The position numbers and the translations under genes are program-made. Positions 12,085 through 25,835 of a DNA stretch of 64,000 nucleotides are shown here, piece after piece. Numbering within the stretch: the stretch's first letter is position 1; every line of letters begins with the position of its first letter. Below the pieces are notes generated by a model. It did not search any database, was not told the DNA's origin, and saw only the letters and a list, made by a program, of their open reading frames with translations. The stretch is from Malacoraja senta. Taxonomy: Eukaryota. Where the stretch lies: the NCBI GenBank assembly GCA_038087875.1, contig CM075987.1, positions 14,694,001 through 14,758,000 of the forward strand, in the 5' to 3' direction.

Positions 12085-12344
12085 AGGTAGACACAAAATG
12101 CTGGAGTAACTCAGCGGGACAGGCAGCATCTCTGGAGAGAAGGAATGGGTGACGTTTCAGGTAGAGACCCTTATTCAGACTGATATCAGGTGAGTGGGCT
12201 CCTCTGACATCAGTCTGAAGAAGAGTCTCGACCCGAAACGTCACCCATTCCTTCTCTCCAGAGATGCTGCCTGTCCTGCTGAGTTACTCCAGCATTTTGT
12301 GTCTACCTTCGATTTAAACTAGCATCTGCAGTTCTTTCCTATAC
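12085..12344. mobile_element. Fold-back Penelope-derived element, ~105-bp inverted arms, hammerhead-like core in each arm
   Basis: Arms at about 12084-12189 and 12204-12309 are reverse complements around a 14-nt loop. TSD TGCTTGATAAGTTAA (12070-12084) / TGTTTGATAAATTAA (12345-12359). Confidence 0.9.
12212..12245 (+). ncRNA. Putative minimal type I hammerhead ribozyme motif (PLE-type)
   Basis: CTGAAGA (12215-12221), A, stem II GAGTC-TC-GACCC (one mismatch), GAAA (12235-12238), C-GTC cleavage triplet. Stem III has no loop. Activity is not demonstrated. Confidence 0.55.
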
Positions 12345-15300
12345 TGTTTGATAAATTAATTGGCAACTGTAAATCGCCCCTAGTATAGATGGTTGGTAAG
12401 AGAATCCAGGTGCAGTTAATGGAAATGGAAAGAGTCATGGATTATACGGCACAGACACAGGCCCCTCGACCAACTCACCCATGCCAATCAAGATGCCCCA
12501 TCTAAGCTGGTTTTGTTTGCCTGACTTTGGCCCATAGTCCTCTATACTTTTCCTATCCATATACCTGTCCAAATGTCTTTCAAATGTTGTTGTTAAAGAG
12601 AGAAGAGATTACAGGGAAATAGACGGGGGACTGGGAGCTTTAATGGGCCAAATGGCCACCTCCTAGAGAACTTCAATACTTTGAACCCATTACATGGCCA
12701 TCAAGGTGAAAAAATTAAAATCTGGAATGTGCATGGGGACAGAATTGGAGGCATGCAGGGAGGAGATTGCAGAGGCAAATTAGGGTGGGAAATCTGAACC
12801 CAAGGGTGAAGTTTCCAAATTATCATTAGCAGTTTCTGACACTACTCCAAAGTTCCAGTGACCAGGTGTGTGACTTTGGTGACAGACAGATCTAAGGGCC
12901 TTAATGTCATTCGAGCTGTACAACACGGAAACAGGCCCTTTGATCCACCATGACATGCAAACCTATTTGGCATACCTTTTGCTGGCAATTGGCTTATAAC
13001 GCACTGTATCTGCTTCTATAGTTTCTCTGGCAGCTAATTCCTGATATGGAATGAAAATGAATGAAATTAATGAATGATAAAGTTGCCCCTGAGGTTCCAC
13101 TTAAATCCCTTTCTTCTCACTATATGCCTTCTTGTATTAGAATCCACCATCTTGGTAATAAAGACAGAGCATTTACTTTATCCATGCCCCTCATGATCTG
13201 AAATACCTCAATAAAGTCCTTGCACTTGCAGAAGGCCTGAAAGCTCCTCAGAATGGCGGATAACCTTATTTTAAACCCATGTGCCTTCTGTACGTTATAA
13301 ATTGTTGACTTGTACAAAATGCAGCAGAAAGGAAGTCAGTCAGATACTTGGAACTTGACTCCAGAGGATTTCCCTTTCACTGTTGGGCTTATAATTATTT
13401 ATGTGTCATTTCCTTCAATAGTTCACCATCATAAGCTCTCATTTGTTTTCCTTTGTCGCTTCAGAATTGTTATTCCAGACTTTCATTCGAAAGCTGTGTT
13501 TGTGCACAGCAACATCCTCATCACATCTCTCACTGGAAGATAGACGAGCTGAGTTGATGCATCTGTCCAATGGTGCTGTTGGAGTTGTGGTACCTTTACA
13601 GGAGAGTAGTGAGAGCAAGAAAAATAAAGCAAGATATTCCTGCATAAATTCTGGCATACAGGGAGAAATGCAAGTTATCCAGATAATGATGGAAATACTC
13701 ATTAAGTTAGATAGCATCTGTTAGAGAGAAAGAAACATGGCGTAGAATGGGACAAAGATAGAGTGGACTCTCCAGTTGTTGCATACCCGGGACAGGGTTG
13801 AATAAATTTGCACAAAGGAGCAAGTGTAGGTTTCTGTCATCACTGTGGTGGCCAATCCAGTGACCCAGTGTCATGCCTTACTGGGCTAGAATGCGCAGGT
13901 CAGATGATCTCATGACATGAATTCAAATTCTACATAACAGGTAAATTCAAGTAAAGTACACAAGGGTTGTATCAGTAATGATGGCCATGAAACTAATTGT
14001 GAAGGAAATATAGTTTAGAACTATTTGTGATTGCAGACCCACCAAAGAGGTTAACCCTCACTGCTCTCTCGGGACCATTAGGGATGGACACTAAATGACA
14101 GTATGCCTAGTAAAAGGATGCATTTACAAGCATTGTTCTATTTTTTGTTAAATTTTCCTGTGATGATCATGTTGACAGGCATTAATCCTTGTGAAGAGAA
14201 AACTTTGATTTCAGGTGCTCAGTATTAGTAAAAGATCTCTCAGATGTAAATTGAAGCATCTTCTGCTCTGCTCTCACCAACCCCTGGGCTTCCAGTTAGA
14301 TGCTCTGTTTATCCCAACACAGCTGGAACTAGTCAGTACTTTCCTCAGTCAAGATGGTTTTATATTGTGGTCTGTGAGCATGGAGCATTCAATGACGTTC
14401 CACAAACCTGTTCTACTCAGCCTGCTGAATCAGGTGACCCTCACTCTTAGACGAGAGTTCATATATGAGGATTTTTTCCCCCCAACAATTATTTTATCTC
14501 CAAAATTTGAAATTATACAATGCAGGACATTTACCTGTCCTCATCCATTATCCCAAGCATACCATTATATTTAATTTTTTTTAATCATACTATGTTGACA
14601 TTGTGTCAACATAGCATAATTTTTTTAATTTTCATCGATGCATTCACTCACGCACCCCAGCCCCATAACGCAGGGCAAGACAGAGGAAACAAGGGTTGTG
14701 GCGACTCCTTGACCTGCGCAATCTTGCACGGAGCTGCCCTTAGGGTCTGGTGATAAAGTGACCCTGCTTCAGCACAGGAACTCTGGCTCCCTTCTGCGGA
14801 GAAGAAGGAGGTAGGCAGAACAAAATAACAAAAGACTGAATAAAAAAAGTAAAGGAGAGGTTATTTGGCTTTGATTGTAGTAATCTGTTGTCATGGAGAC
14901 CAGACCAGGAGGAAACCCATACAGTATCACTGGGTGATTGATGGTGGAACTAATCCAGAGTCAACAAGAGGATTATTAAGAGCAAGTGAGCACCACGTTA
15001 TATCTTGAAGTAGCCTGACCCACATACTTGATAACCCTCCTGACTATTCCAAATTAACAAAAGAAGGTCCCCTACCATTATGCATAACATTTAAGGTGAG
15101 CTATTCTGCAGTGCCTTGGTTGTTTAAAGTCGCCAACATGCTATTGAGGAATATAAAACACACAAAGGCCTCAGGCCCAGATGAAACACCCCTGGGTTTC
15201 TCTCGGAGATGAGCCAGGCACGATTCCTGCTTCAACTGGAATCTTCATGGGGGTATGTGTTTCAATTAGAGGTATTGAATTTGGCTGTTAACCACCCAAA

Positions 15301-16529
15301 GTTGAATCCTCTTGTGCCACCCGTTGTGCAGTTGGCTTGACATCACATGGCAAAATTCTGTACCTTCAGGAGTGGAAGTGAAAACATTTACAACAGTTTA
15401 AAAAAAGGCTCAGCAGGAAAATTGTTCTTCCTCGTGATTGTGATTTTGTTGCCAAACCTATGAGTGGTTGTTTGAGTCTATTGTTTGCATAAATTGGCTG
15501 ACATATTTTCTATAGTGAAACAGTGACTCTAGAGTCCTAGAGCTGTACAGCATGGAACTTGGCCCTTCAGCCCACCTTGTCCTTGCGGACCAAGTTTGAG
15601 CACTGGGCTAATCCAATTTGCCTGCATTTAGCCTACAGCCCTCTACATGTTTTCTATCTATAGATCTATCCAAATGTTTTATAAAAGTCATAATTGCATT
15701 TGCTTCTATAGCTTCCTCTAGCAGCTCATTCAGATAAGGGCTACCCTCTGTGAAATGGTTGCTCCGGAGGTCCTGCTTAAGTCACTCCCATCTCACCTTC
15801 AGCCTATGCTCCCCCCCCAGGGAATCCTCTACCCTGGGGAAAGGACTGAGCTTTATGCCCCTCTTGATCTTGTAAACTTTGTATCTTTATATTTTTATAA
15901 AGTTCTAATTAAAAAACTTTGAAATTGTGAGACAATATGTAAATATAAAATGTATGGGGGTTTTTCCTAAAATGTTTAGTCAGTCCAAAGAGCCAGTGAT
16001 TTTAAAGTGAGACTGTAGTTTGCAGACAGCGTGCTCCTGTAAAGTTCTGATCTGCTCCACGCTTATCAGGATGCTCCTGAAAACAGCTGTTTTGGGATTT
16101 GTAACTTGACACGTGCAACAAGCTGCATTCCTGACACTCAGAAGCCCTGTACATTCACCACTTGTCCACACATCTGTCAGCAAATTCCCACCCTTCGAGG
16201 GCTGATCACTCACACTTTATATTCGCCAATCAACAACAAATCCTCTTTTCATCGTCCCTTAAAAAACTTTATGCCTTTAATTTGCCATTAAAACTTGTTA
16301 CTTACATTTCAGTGTCTTCACTTTTTCCGCATGCTCATAAAGGAGATGATCGTTGAAAATTCAATACTCAGCGCTATTATTGAGATTTCCCTATAGGTTC
16401 AGTTGGTGATTGAACCATAGACAGTAGAAAGACCACAATTCCTATGGTTAGATGATCTGAAAAATTGCAATTGTGTTTAACAAAAATAACCTTCAATCCT
16501 CATGTTTAATGAAGAACAAGATCATGCAA

Positions 16530-16835
16530 GTGACCTGATTGAGATGTACAAGATCATGAGGGGCATGGATAAAGTGAAAGCTCATTGTCTTTTTTTCCCC
16601 AGAGTGGAGGATTCTAAAACTAAAGGCCATAGGCTTAAGGAGAGAGTGGAGAGATCTAAGGGGAATCTCAGGGGCAACTTATCCACTCAGCGTGTGGTCC
16701 ATATCTGGAATGAATTGCCAGATGAAGCTATTAACTTTATTAAGTATATTTGGACAGGTATATGGATAGGAAGGGTTTAAAGGGCTATGGGCCAAATGCA
16801 GGCCAATGGTCATGTCTCTGTGTGGTACAACTCTA
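16530..16835 (+). mobile_element. CR1-like LINE 3' fragment
   Basis: DLIEMYKIMRGMDKV..KTKGHRLK..TQRVVHIWNELP. Confidence 0.8.
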
Positions 16836-18629
16836 TGACTATGCCTGGTCCTGGCCTAGTGGTGACCCAAGGTTTAAGTACTTGTGCGGATGTCCATTGG
16901 CACATTGTTATAGAATGGTTTCACATTGACAAACTCACATTTGAGTTCTCACATGAAAACAGGCTGCACTTAGGTGAGGTATTGAAGGGCAATCAGCAAC
17001 TTTGAACCAATGCTGAGACTTAGTGCCTTTAATGTAGGCGGGGAATAATGCTCCTCATTAAATTTTAAATAAAAGATTACTGAAAGGAAAACGAGTTACT
17101 GCAGTTAATTAATAGCATCATTACACAACCATATATTGGTGCGCAGTTCCCATGTTTTAAATTATATTAATAGCTTGTTAATAGGCATTTTATGTCATGG
17201 TAATAGATTTTAATTTCTTCTTCAAATATGCCCCTTCCCCCTCCCCTATAAAGATAAAATATTACTCACAATGGCAATGGGAAGCAGACTGTGAAACATT
17301 AACTTCCACCAATGCAGTTCACCGCATCAAAACATTTAGTATTGGAAAGTGATCTTGGTTGTTTGGTTGTCCCGATGTATTCTCAGTGGTTGGATTATGA
17401 GTACTCATTTTCTACCCACCCTCTTGCTTTTGGGAGTCTCCAGGATGGCTCTTATTATTGAATTCCACAGTTTGAGAGGTTTCCTACCCTACTTTACACG
17501 TAAAGGAACATCTGGCTGCTGAACTTAGATTTGTCTAGTTTCTAACCTCCCCCCCCCCCCCACACCCCACCCCCAACCTATCAAGTGACCACCTAACCTG
17601 GACTGAAGGTGCAATATTCCTGGTTTAGGAACAAGAGTAGACCATTCTCCACAACTGGGTCATGCAGGTACCAACATGGACACGTGTGCTTTCATTTAAA
17701 ATGTTCAACTAATTTATTTTTATGATTAATGTTTCCAAATCTGTTGCATCTTGCTTAAGTATAATTGGCAGAATATTACCCAGGGTTAATTTTGTAATTA
17801 GGTTCCTATGATAATTTTAAAAAGATTTTTCGTAGTGCGTAATGACAACGTGCAAAAAAGCGATTCTAAAATTGAAATTAGATTTGAGAGAAGGGATGAA
17901 GGGGTTAAACCTCAGATTCAGGCCCGTTGCAGGTGGAAGGATATGTTCTGATTGCAAGTTCCTGAGTTCAAAAGGTGCTGCTGCTATGAGTGTTACAGGA
18001 ACAGACGATCTTCCTACAGAATGTACTTGGTGTCCTTGGAAAGGAAGCCTTAATTCTGTCCTCGTCTAATGTAGAGAGAGGGGACTTGCGTCAGTGTTAG
18101 TGTTTTGTGTTTCAAATGAATTTAATCTGGACCACATTTTGCATGCATGTTCAGTGACCTTCCCCACCTCCACAGCTGTGAGGAGATAGGGGCCATACCA
18201 TGTCACAAGTAAACATTTTTTTAGGACCTTTGAAATGGTCTTGTGCATTTTTTCACTTAAATAGTTTTGTGCGTTTCAGACCCAGTGTTCTAAAATCACA
18301 TTTTTATCCTTAAACACCTTGACAGTGAATGTGAAGAAATCATTGTTTCAATGAGGCTATCAACATTCATACCATAGGCCTGATACAGTTTGGGATTAAC
18401 TTGAGACAACATCGAACCAGGCCATGTTGCCCAACTGATCATTGTTGTTCTCCTCCCACCTTTCATCTTTTTGTTTTACTATCATAATTCTCGTAGATTC
18501 ATAGGGCTGTAAAACAAAGGCCAAAGCTGTTAGGCCCAACTGTCCATACCGACTATGATTAATAGGCATGGCAGGAGGCATTCGTATTGTGCCTCTAAAG
18601 GTGAGATTCTTGGACTGGCGCAAGAGGGA

Positions 18630-18985
18630 GGCACTGTGGTGCAGCTGGTACAGCCGCTGCCTCACAGTGCTAAAGACCCAGGTTTTATCCTGACTGTGGA
18701 TACTGTCTGAGTGGAGTTTGCACGTTTTCTCACTGACTGCGTGGGATTCCTCCAGGTGCTCTGGTTTCCTCCCACATCCCAAAGCAATGCGGGTCTGTAG
18801 GTTAATTGGTCTTTGTAAATTGCCCCTATTGTGTAGGGAGTGGATGAAACATAGAAACATAGAAGGTAGGTGCAGGAGTAGGCCATTCGGCCCTTCGAGC
18901 CAGCACTGCCATTCAATATCATGGCTGAATCGATAGTTGGTATGGACTTGGTGGGCCTGAAGGGCCTGTTTCAATGCGAGTTGGA
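18630..18985 (+). mobile_element. V-SINE/HE1-like SINE with an antisense CR1 3'-tail insertion (about 18846-18928)
   Basis: ggcactgtggtgcagctggta..gagtttgcacgtt..ggtttcctcccacatcccaaag; insert gaaacatagaaacatag..gtaggccattcggcccttcgag. Confidence 0.8.
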
Positions 18986-20551
18986 ATACAGGGCAAATTC
19001 CATTTGACTGTATTTGGCTCACTGCTCTCTGGACCCTTCTTATCCATATATCTGCCCAAATGTCTTTTGAATACGTAATCCTTTCTCTCTTTTTTGTATC
19101 TCTTGACTAATGATATATTAAGCTCCGTCAAAGTTATGAATTCTTTGTGCTAACTACTCTCTGGTAGAGAGATTTCTCCTGATTTAGTGACTATTACATT
19201 TATGGCCTCTTGTCTAATTTCAAAATGAAAATGTTATTCCTGTGCTTATCTCTTCCAATCTTTTCATACTTGCAAAGACTTTTGTCAGCTTTCTTTCAGT
19301 ATCGTGTGAGACCCTCTACATGACTGAAAGGTTCCTTTAAGATCTGGAATCCCCTTGGCTTAAAGATGACATGAGTAATCAGGCCAGGAAGCTCAGTAGG
19401 AAATGGTTCTGTTTAAATGTCGGTTGCAGATTCCGTTCCCAGCTCAGGCTTTGAATAGCCGGAAGTTCAAATGTAACCCCAAGTGGACCATTAATAACCA
19501 ACCCTGCCTTTCCCTTTGGGTATACAAAGCTAAAAGTGGGCTGGGTCATTATACTCATCTCTCCTGATTCATCAGTTTGCTGCGTTAGCTGTTTCCAAGA
19601 AATAAATTACAAAAATTCTACTGTGAAAGCCGAGGTTTAAACACCCTCTGTCCATGTTCAAGAATCATTTGATTTTAATACGAGAAATTAGAATGAAAAA
19701 CTGAGGAAAATGGCATGGAAAATCAAGGTGTAGGAATGAATCAAAGGTCAGTCTAGAACTCACGGTTGGGCATGGTCACGTGTGGGTTAGAGGTGCTTGG
19801 ATGGAGGATGATGGCAAGTTAAGTGAAAATGAGCAATGGGAGATGTCCCCATGATGAGCCTTGATGCAACATTCTGACAATGTAGAGAGAGGGAAGTTTG
19901 GATTTTAATATGGACAAACTAGGAAAAGTACAATGGACTGTATGTGATGTGAGTTGGTGCTATTTGAAGGGCTCTCTGCGAACCTGTCTAATTCAAATGC
20001 AGTGGGTGGGTATGAAGAGGAGAAACATTGAAGGTATTTATCTTCTCCCTCGAATTTTTATTTTTCTGATGGTCTTCCCAGGGTAAGAAAGTAAATGGAT
20101 GATTTGTTCACAAGGTCCCTGCTCCCTACTGAGATGCTTTTGTAGAATCATAAAATTATACAACACATAAACACATCCATCAGCTCTCTACATCCCTGCC
20201 AGGCAGCAACTGTCTAAGGAAATTGACACACAATGTTTCAGGTTGAGATTCTTCTTCTAAAGAAGGATCCAGACCCGGACAACTGCCTTTGTCCATTTCC
20301 TTCCACAGATGCTGCCTGATCCACTGTGTTCCACCAGAAGATTGATTTTGGCAAAGAAAATTTTGTATGTTTTAATGAAATATCCTGCTAAATTCGAGAG
20401 ATTATAGACGCAGTCTACTTAATCACTCCTCACTGGACAATTTCTCCCAATTCCAAGAATCAGTTTAATGAACCATTGTAATGCTTGTCATCTTCCTGAT
20501 GCTAATTGTATACAAAAATATATATATATTTTAATGTTTTTACCTCAACAG

Positions 20552-20591
20552 TAACCTACAGAATATGGATTCCAAGTCAGAATATGTCAAG
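20552..20591 (+). CDS. SH2D3C: SH2D3C 40-nt coding exon (S)NLQNMDSKSEYVK, phase 2 in / phase 0 out
   Basis: Acceptor ttttacctcaacag| at 20551 and consensus donor AAG|gtaagt at 20591. It bridges the phase-2 end of 4338-4998 to the phase-0 start of 62369. It ends in S-[DE]-Y-V-K, as recalled for mammalian SH2D3C (..AGSDYVK|FSKEKY..). Confidence 0.88.
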
Positions 20592-21334
20592 GTAAGTCCC
20601 TCTCCTATTTATCTGAAAGGCAACTGATGTACCCCAAGAAATGTGACTTGGTTACTATCTGGCCCTAATAATCTCAAAATAATCTTTCTGACCTCAATAA
20701 CAGGATTTAGATTTCAGTTAAAAAACACTTCAACAGAATAGTCATTAAGCTAGAAAGTTAGTTGAATTATGTTGATTTTCCCCTTTCCCTGCAAGCGATG
20801 GAGTCCCCAGAACAAAAGGTCTTAGGCTCACATCCAATGAGTCTGTTGAGGTGAGACAACTAAACTGTGTTGATTCAATTTGGTTCAATGGCCGAGGAGT
20901 AATGGGCTTAACCATGAAGTAAATATGGGGATGAGGGAGGGGGAAATTTTAGATGAATCATCTGCTCATAACCATTAAGCCAATGGTGTTGGGAAGGTAC
21001 TAGTTTTGGCTTGAGCTAAATACCCAATGCACAAATGACCCTTCAACACTGATCTTCAAGCTTGGGGATATCTACACTGAAGATGGAGAATGGTTACTTG
21101 GCGTGAATCTGTCCTAAAAACCTTCAGGAGGAAAAATAAATCAGCTGAAAACCTTTATAAAATTGCTTAGAATTAAGTTTGTATTGACTCCAAAGAGTGG
21201 CAAGCTTTTCAACAGCATTGACAGGCACTGAAAATATTCATTGATTTTATTGTGTGTGCTGCAGAGCCACTCAGTCCTAATCCAGTGGCTCCACAAGGAA
21301 TGGCTGCCACAGTTAGAAAGAACATTTACACTTG

Positions 21335-21430
21335 GAAAGACACAAAATGCTGGAGTAACTCAGCGGGGTCAGGCAGCATCCCTGGACAACATGGATAGGT
21401 GACGTTTCAGGTCGGAACCCTTCTTAAGAT
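21335..21430 (-). mobile_element. Single-arm Penelope-derived short element
   Basis: aagacacaaaatgctggagtaactcagcgggg...gacgtttcaggtcggaacccttctt. Confidence 0.75.
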
Positions 21431-23594
21431 TGGGGAGGGGTGTTGTTAGTTGACAGATATTGCTGAGAAAAGGCACATGGCTGTAGTAGTGAGTCTGGGT
21501 CTTCCGCTATTTTTGTTTTACAAAATCCGACATCGATTTCCAACATGATCTTCTACACAATAAACCAATTTTATTTCTGTCATATGCTGCCCAATAACAT
21601 GACGTTGGCGATCTAGGTGATAGTGATTAATTTTAACAGGGTTATCTGTGTTTGAATGTTGATGTGTTGTTATTGCACTTTAGAAAGACAAAATGCTGAA
21701 GAACTCTTGATAATTTTTTTTGTTAAAGGGAAATAATCTATTTTGATGAGCATTAACTGAAGTAAATTCAGGTCTGAATTGAATCCAGAGCAATTATAGA
21801 TGATGGCAGAAGGATTATGTTTATTACATTTAATGTAGCATTTATTGTACGTGTTTTTACCATCTCACTCAAAAAATAATATGAGTTGGTGTGAGATGAG
21901 CATTGAGAGAATAAATAAAAGAATACAGAACAAGAAAGGAACGGTACAAGAAGTGAGAAATGTGTACCACCTACACACACGCAGCCACACTGGATTCTAG
22001 CCAAGGAAAAGTAAGCAATAGAAAGATATGATGGTTGACTATAATTATATTAACATCCAACACTGATGTCCACCCACCACAATCTGTTCAGGTTTATGTT
22101 GGTGCAGCATCCACTAATACTTTGAAGGGAAAGTTATTCCAAAATATAAAATTGCAAATATCTGTATACTGCAGTAGAATTCTCTGCCCAATGTTCTGAG
22201 TTGGACATAAACAACCTGTAAATTTAATCTGGCTTGTAACATTGCCAGCAGTTACACCACAAGAATGTCAACATCGTGTCTCTTTTCGCATGTTGATATC
22301 ATGATGGTGAATGACGGCAAGTAAACAATTTTGGCAGAGGGCTCTCTTTTGTAATTGAGCTACAAATGTGTGCATGATAAGAGTCTTAACTGTCAGTCAA
22401 GTGAGCAATGCGGTTATAATGTTAACAGAATGCATCAGGGTGAGATGTTTGGACAGGTACATGGATAGGAAATGTACATAGAGATATGGACCAGGCACGG
22501 GCAAATGGGATTAGCTAAAATGGGACATGTTGTTCGACATGGACAAGTTGGGCCGAAGGGCCTGATTCTGTGTTGTATGACTCTAATATTCCCATTCTGC
22601 AGCTGCCCCCATCTTAAAATTATTGGGTGATATAGAAAAGCTTTGTATGTGCTTTGAGCTATCCATTTAATACCATCGCTCTGCTCTTTGCCTTTAGTGC
22701 TGTATTTTTTCACCTTCAAGTAATTATTTAATTTTCTTTCGAATATATTACTTTTGAATTCACTTTCACCGCCCAATCAGCCGGTGATCTACAGATTAGC
22801 AATTTTTTAATTTCATGTTCTCTGTATAATGGCCCTTCTTCCCCTGGAAACAGTTTACTTTCTCTGGCAAAATACATAATGATGTCTGACCCCCCTCAAT
22901 CAAACCTCCTGTTAATCCTAACGGCTCTGAGAAAATGTCAGTGTCTTCCATCTCTCTGATCGCTGATACCATTCTTGAAATCCCTTCTGCACTTTTCTAA
23001 AGGCGCTGTTAAATGCAGTGTCCAAAAATGAAAACAATACTCTGCAGGCCTAACAAAACTTTTATGTAAGTTTAACGCAACATGATATCTTTTCTTCAAG
23101 TGCAAACGAATATACGTAAACAGTCATAACGCTATAATGGATTCTCTTTCCAGTTGTGTTTTTAGATTTTGTTATCATACATACAAGTTTGGTTTAAAGT
23201 TGAGCTCATCAAAACATTGCCTGTGGCTGCTGAAGCTCTGCTGGTTCCCTCCCTAAGCTCCTCCACGGAGCACCTTTCAATTCTCCTTTAAGACTCTCTA
23301 CCTTTTTGACTTTACATTTGGCTCTCTGGATAGTAATTTAAAACTGAGATGAGTCAGGACAACCTGCGAGTAGTGAATCTCTGGATTTTTTTACCTAAAT
23401 GGTTTTGGGAGTCAGATATTTTATGGTATATAAAGTGGAGGTAGATACATGTTTGAAAGATGAGAGAATTCAGAGAACTGGCACAGAAGAGGAGAAGCCT
23501 AGGGCTAATCAGCCTCCGGTAGGATTGGATGACTGAGTTGCCTATTCCTGCTACCATTTTTGTATGTTCTTGCATTATAAGCATAGGACATCAC

Positions 23595-24320
23595 ACGTCT
23601 CTGTGCTCAATCCCTGCTCTACTGATTCTATACCCATGACTGTGCAGCTGGACATTCAAACTCCTTTCAACACATTACTGGTAACGATTTAGCGTACAGG
23701 AGGGAGATAGATCGCCTGATTGAATGGTGCCATAACAACAACCTTGCTCTCAACGTCAGTAAGACCAAGGAGCTAAGTGTTGACATCAGTAGAGGAAGGC
23801 TGAAAATCCACTAACCTGTCGTTGATGGGTTAGTGGTGGAGAGAGTCAAAAACTTCCAGTTCCTGAGAGTGAGTTTATCTGAAGATCTGTCCTGGAACAA
23901 GCACATTGATGCAATCATAAAGAAAGCCTATCAATACCTCTATTTCCATAGAAGATTGCGGAGATTTGGTATGTTAATGAATACTCTCTTGAACTTCTAC
24001 ATGTGTATAGTAGAGAACATATTTATTGATTGCATATTGATCGATTGCATCTGGTTGGTTCTGCAACTCTGCCCTGGGGTGAAGGAGATTACAAAATGCG
24101 GTGAACAGGTCTGGGCCATCACGGGTACTGACTTCCCCATCATCAAAGAGGTCTATCGGAGGTGCTACTTCAAAAAGGCAGCCAGCATCATCAAGGACCT
24201 TCACGACCCTGGCCACGGCTCTCATTTCACTCCTGCCATCAGGAAGAATATATAAGGGTCTGAAAACTGTGACTTCCAGGTTCAGGAACAGGCTCGTGAA
24301 GACTACAAACATCAACTAAT
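23595..24320 (+). mobile_element. Rex1/Babar-like LINE, RT C-terminal fragment
   Basis: WCHNNNLALNVSKTKEL..; VERVKNFQFL..SEDLSWNKHIDAIIKKAYQYLYFHRRLRRFG..LLNFY..IVENI. Confidence 0.75.
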
Positions 24321-25629
24321 CTATGAACTGTCCTGATTGCACTTGGGACTTAGAGCTTTTGTTTTGCAATAATATTTTAATTTATTTATTGAACTTTGTT
24401 TTGTTTATTGCGTTTTCGATGGCTGAGTTTAAGTAAAGTTTGGGCTCAGAGTTTGTTTGGAGGAGGGTGAAGTGTTCCATGACAGGGAATCTTAACTTTA
24501 ACAGTAAAAAGGTTGCAAGGAATCTCATCAAGAAAATTATAATTCAAATGTCTTAATACGAACAGGTAGAACATGCAGAGTGGAGAGGCTTTGAATTTGC
24601 CCCTTTGGAAGGACATGAGAAGGAAGTTTGCAGAGCATATGATGAATGTGGCATAAATAGACCAGAAATCACAAGAAAATTATGACTTTTAAAATATATT
24701 TGTACAGATATATGAATAGGAAGTGTTTAGAAGGATATGAGCCACTTGCAGGAAATGGGACTAGCCCAATATGCCAACTTAGTCGACATGGACAAGGTCG
24801 ACCGAAGGGCCAGATTCTGTACTATATTGTCCTAGAACTATAGATCTAGTGATGAAGTGAGGAATAATGGCTTCCCCAGATTTGAGAGTTCTATAAATTG
24901 AAATAGTTTAAGTATTGCTGAATCACTGGAACAAATGCAATAGGCCAAAGCCTTGGTTTCGACTCAGTCCAAACTGTGAACAAGAGAGAGCTTTGTGCTT
25001 GATGCTTTCGATCTGTTGGCACCACTTAGCTTTTCCTTATTTCTTCTCTTAATTCCAAGAATTAAGCTGTTGGGAGGAGGGTGTGGGGAGGTTCAATTCC
25101 CTCCTTTGCAATGGAAAGAATGGCAGAGGAAGAGAGAAGAGGCTTTTGTAAGTTTGGTAGCAAGGGAAGCATGAAGGGTTTGAATGAACTCTGCGCACAG
25201 TCAGTGATTGTTAGCACTGTCACTTTTTAGCTGTCAACTGTGAGGGAATGTAGTGATCTGATGCCAATGTAAAAGACATTTGCTTAAAAGGACAGGATCA
25301 CTGTTAGCCCACAGTGAATCCTGGCCAAACAAAAAGTTTACAGTTAGTTTCCAAACTCAAGCCAGCTTGGTACAAAGCACAGAGGCGCTGTGCTGTAATG
25401 TCTGATGTATTGTTTACAGGTTCTTTATTATGAAGAAAACGTAATTACATTTTTTTTTAATGAAACTGGAGAATCTATTTCAAGGTTACACTAAGATATC
25501 CTCAATCCAGGCATTCAATACAGCAGAAACTACTCCAAGGTAACATTCAAGAATGGACATCACAACCTCAATACACCCATAATGGGTAAAGAAAGGCAAA
25601 ATATTGAAATCAACCAGTATATCAATGCT

Positions 25630-25835
25630 TTCAAGTTCAAGTTCAAGTTTATATTTATTGTCACTGTACCAATTGGTACAGCGAGATTTAGGTTGCCGTA
25701 CAAATAAAGAGAACGCAACACACGATAGAATTTAACATGAACATCCCCACACAGCAGAATCAACGTTTCCCACTGTGAAGGGAGGCAATAAAAGTTCAGT
25801 CATCTGCCTCTATGTTCACCCGTGGTCGGGGCCTT
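25630..25835 (-). mobile_element. Retroposon 3' end with (ttcaag)n tail, antisense
   Basis: ttcaagttcaagttcaagttt..tttattgtcactgtacc..ggtacag.. resembles the rc of the 32200-32236 terminus. Confidence 0.5.

Larger units (their letters stand above)
11950..12420 (+). mobile_element. V-SINE/HE1-like SINE interrupted by a fold-back element
   Basis: V-domain sequence (tgtctgtgtggtgtttgcatgttcttcctgtgacc...ggtttcctcctacatcctaaagac) resumes after 12345 (ttaattggcaactgtaaatcgcccctag). Confidence 0.75.

Noticed and set aside
20562-20591. Alternative acceptor ctacag giving a 30-nt exon
   Set aside because: It is out of phase with the upstream phase-2 donor; the 40-nt form keeps the frame.
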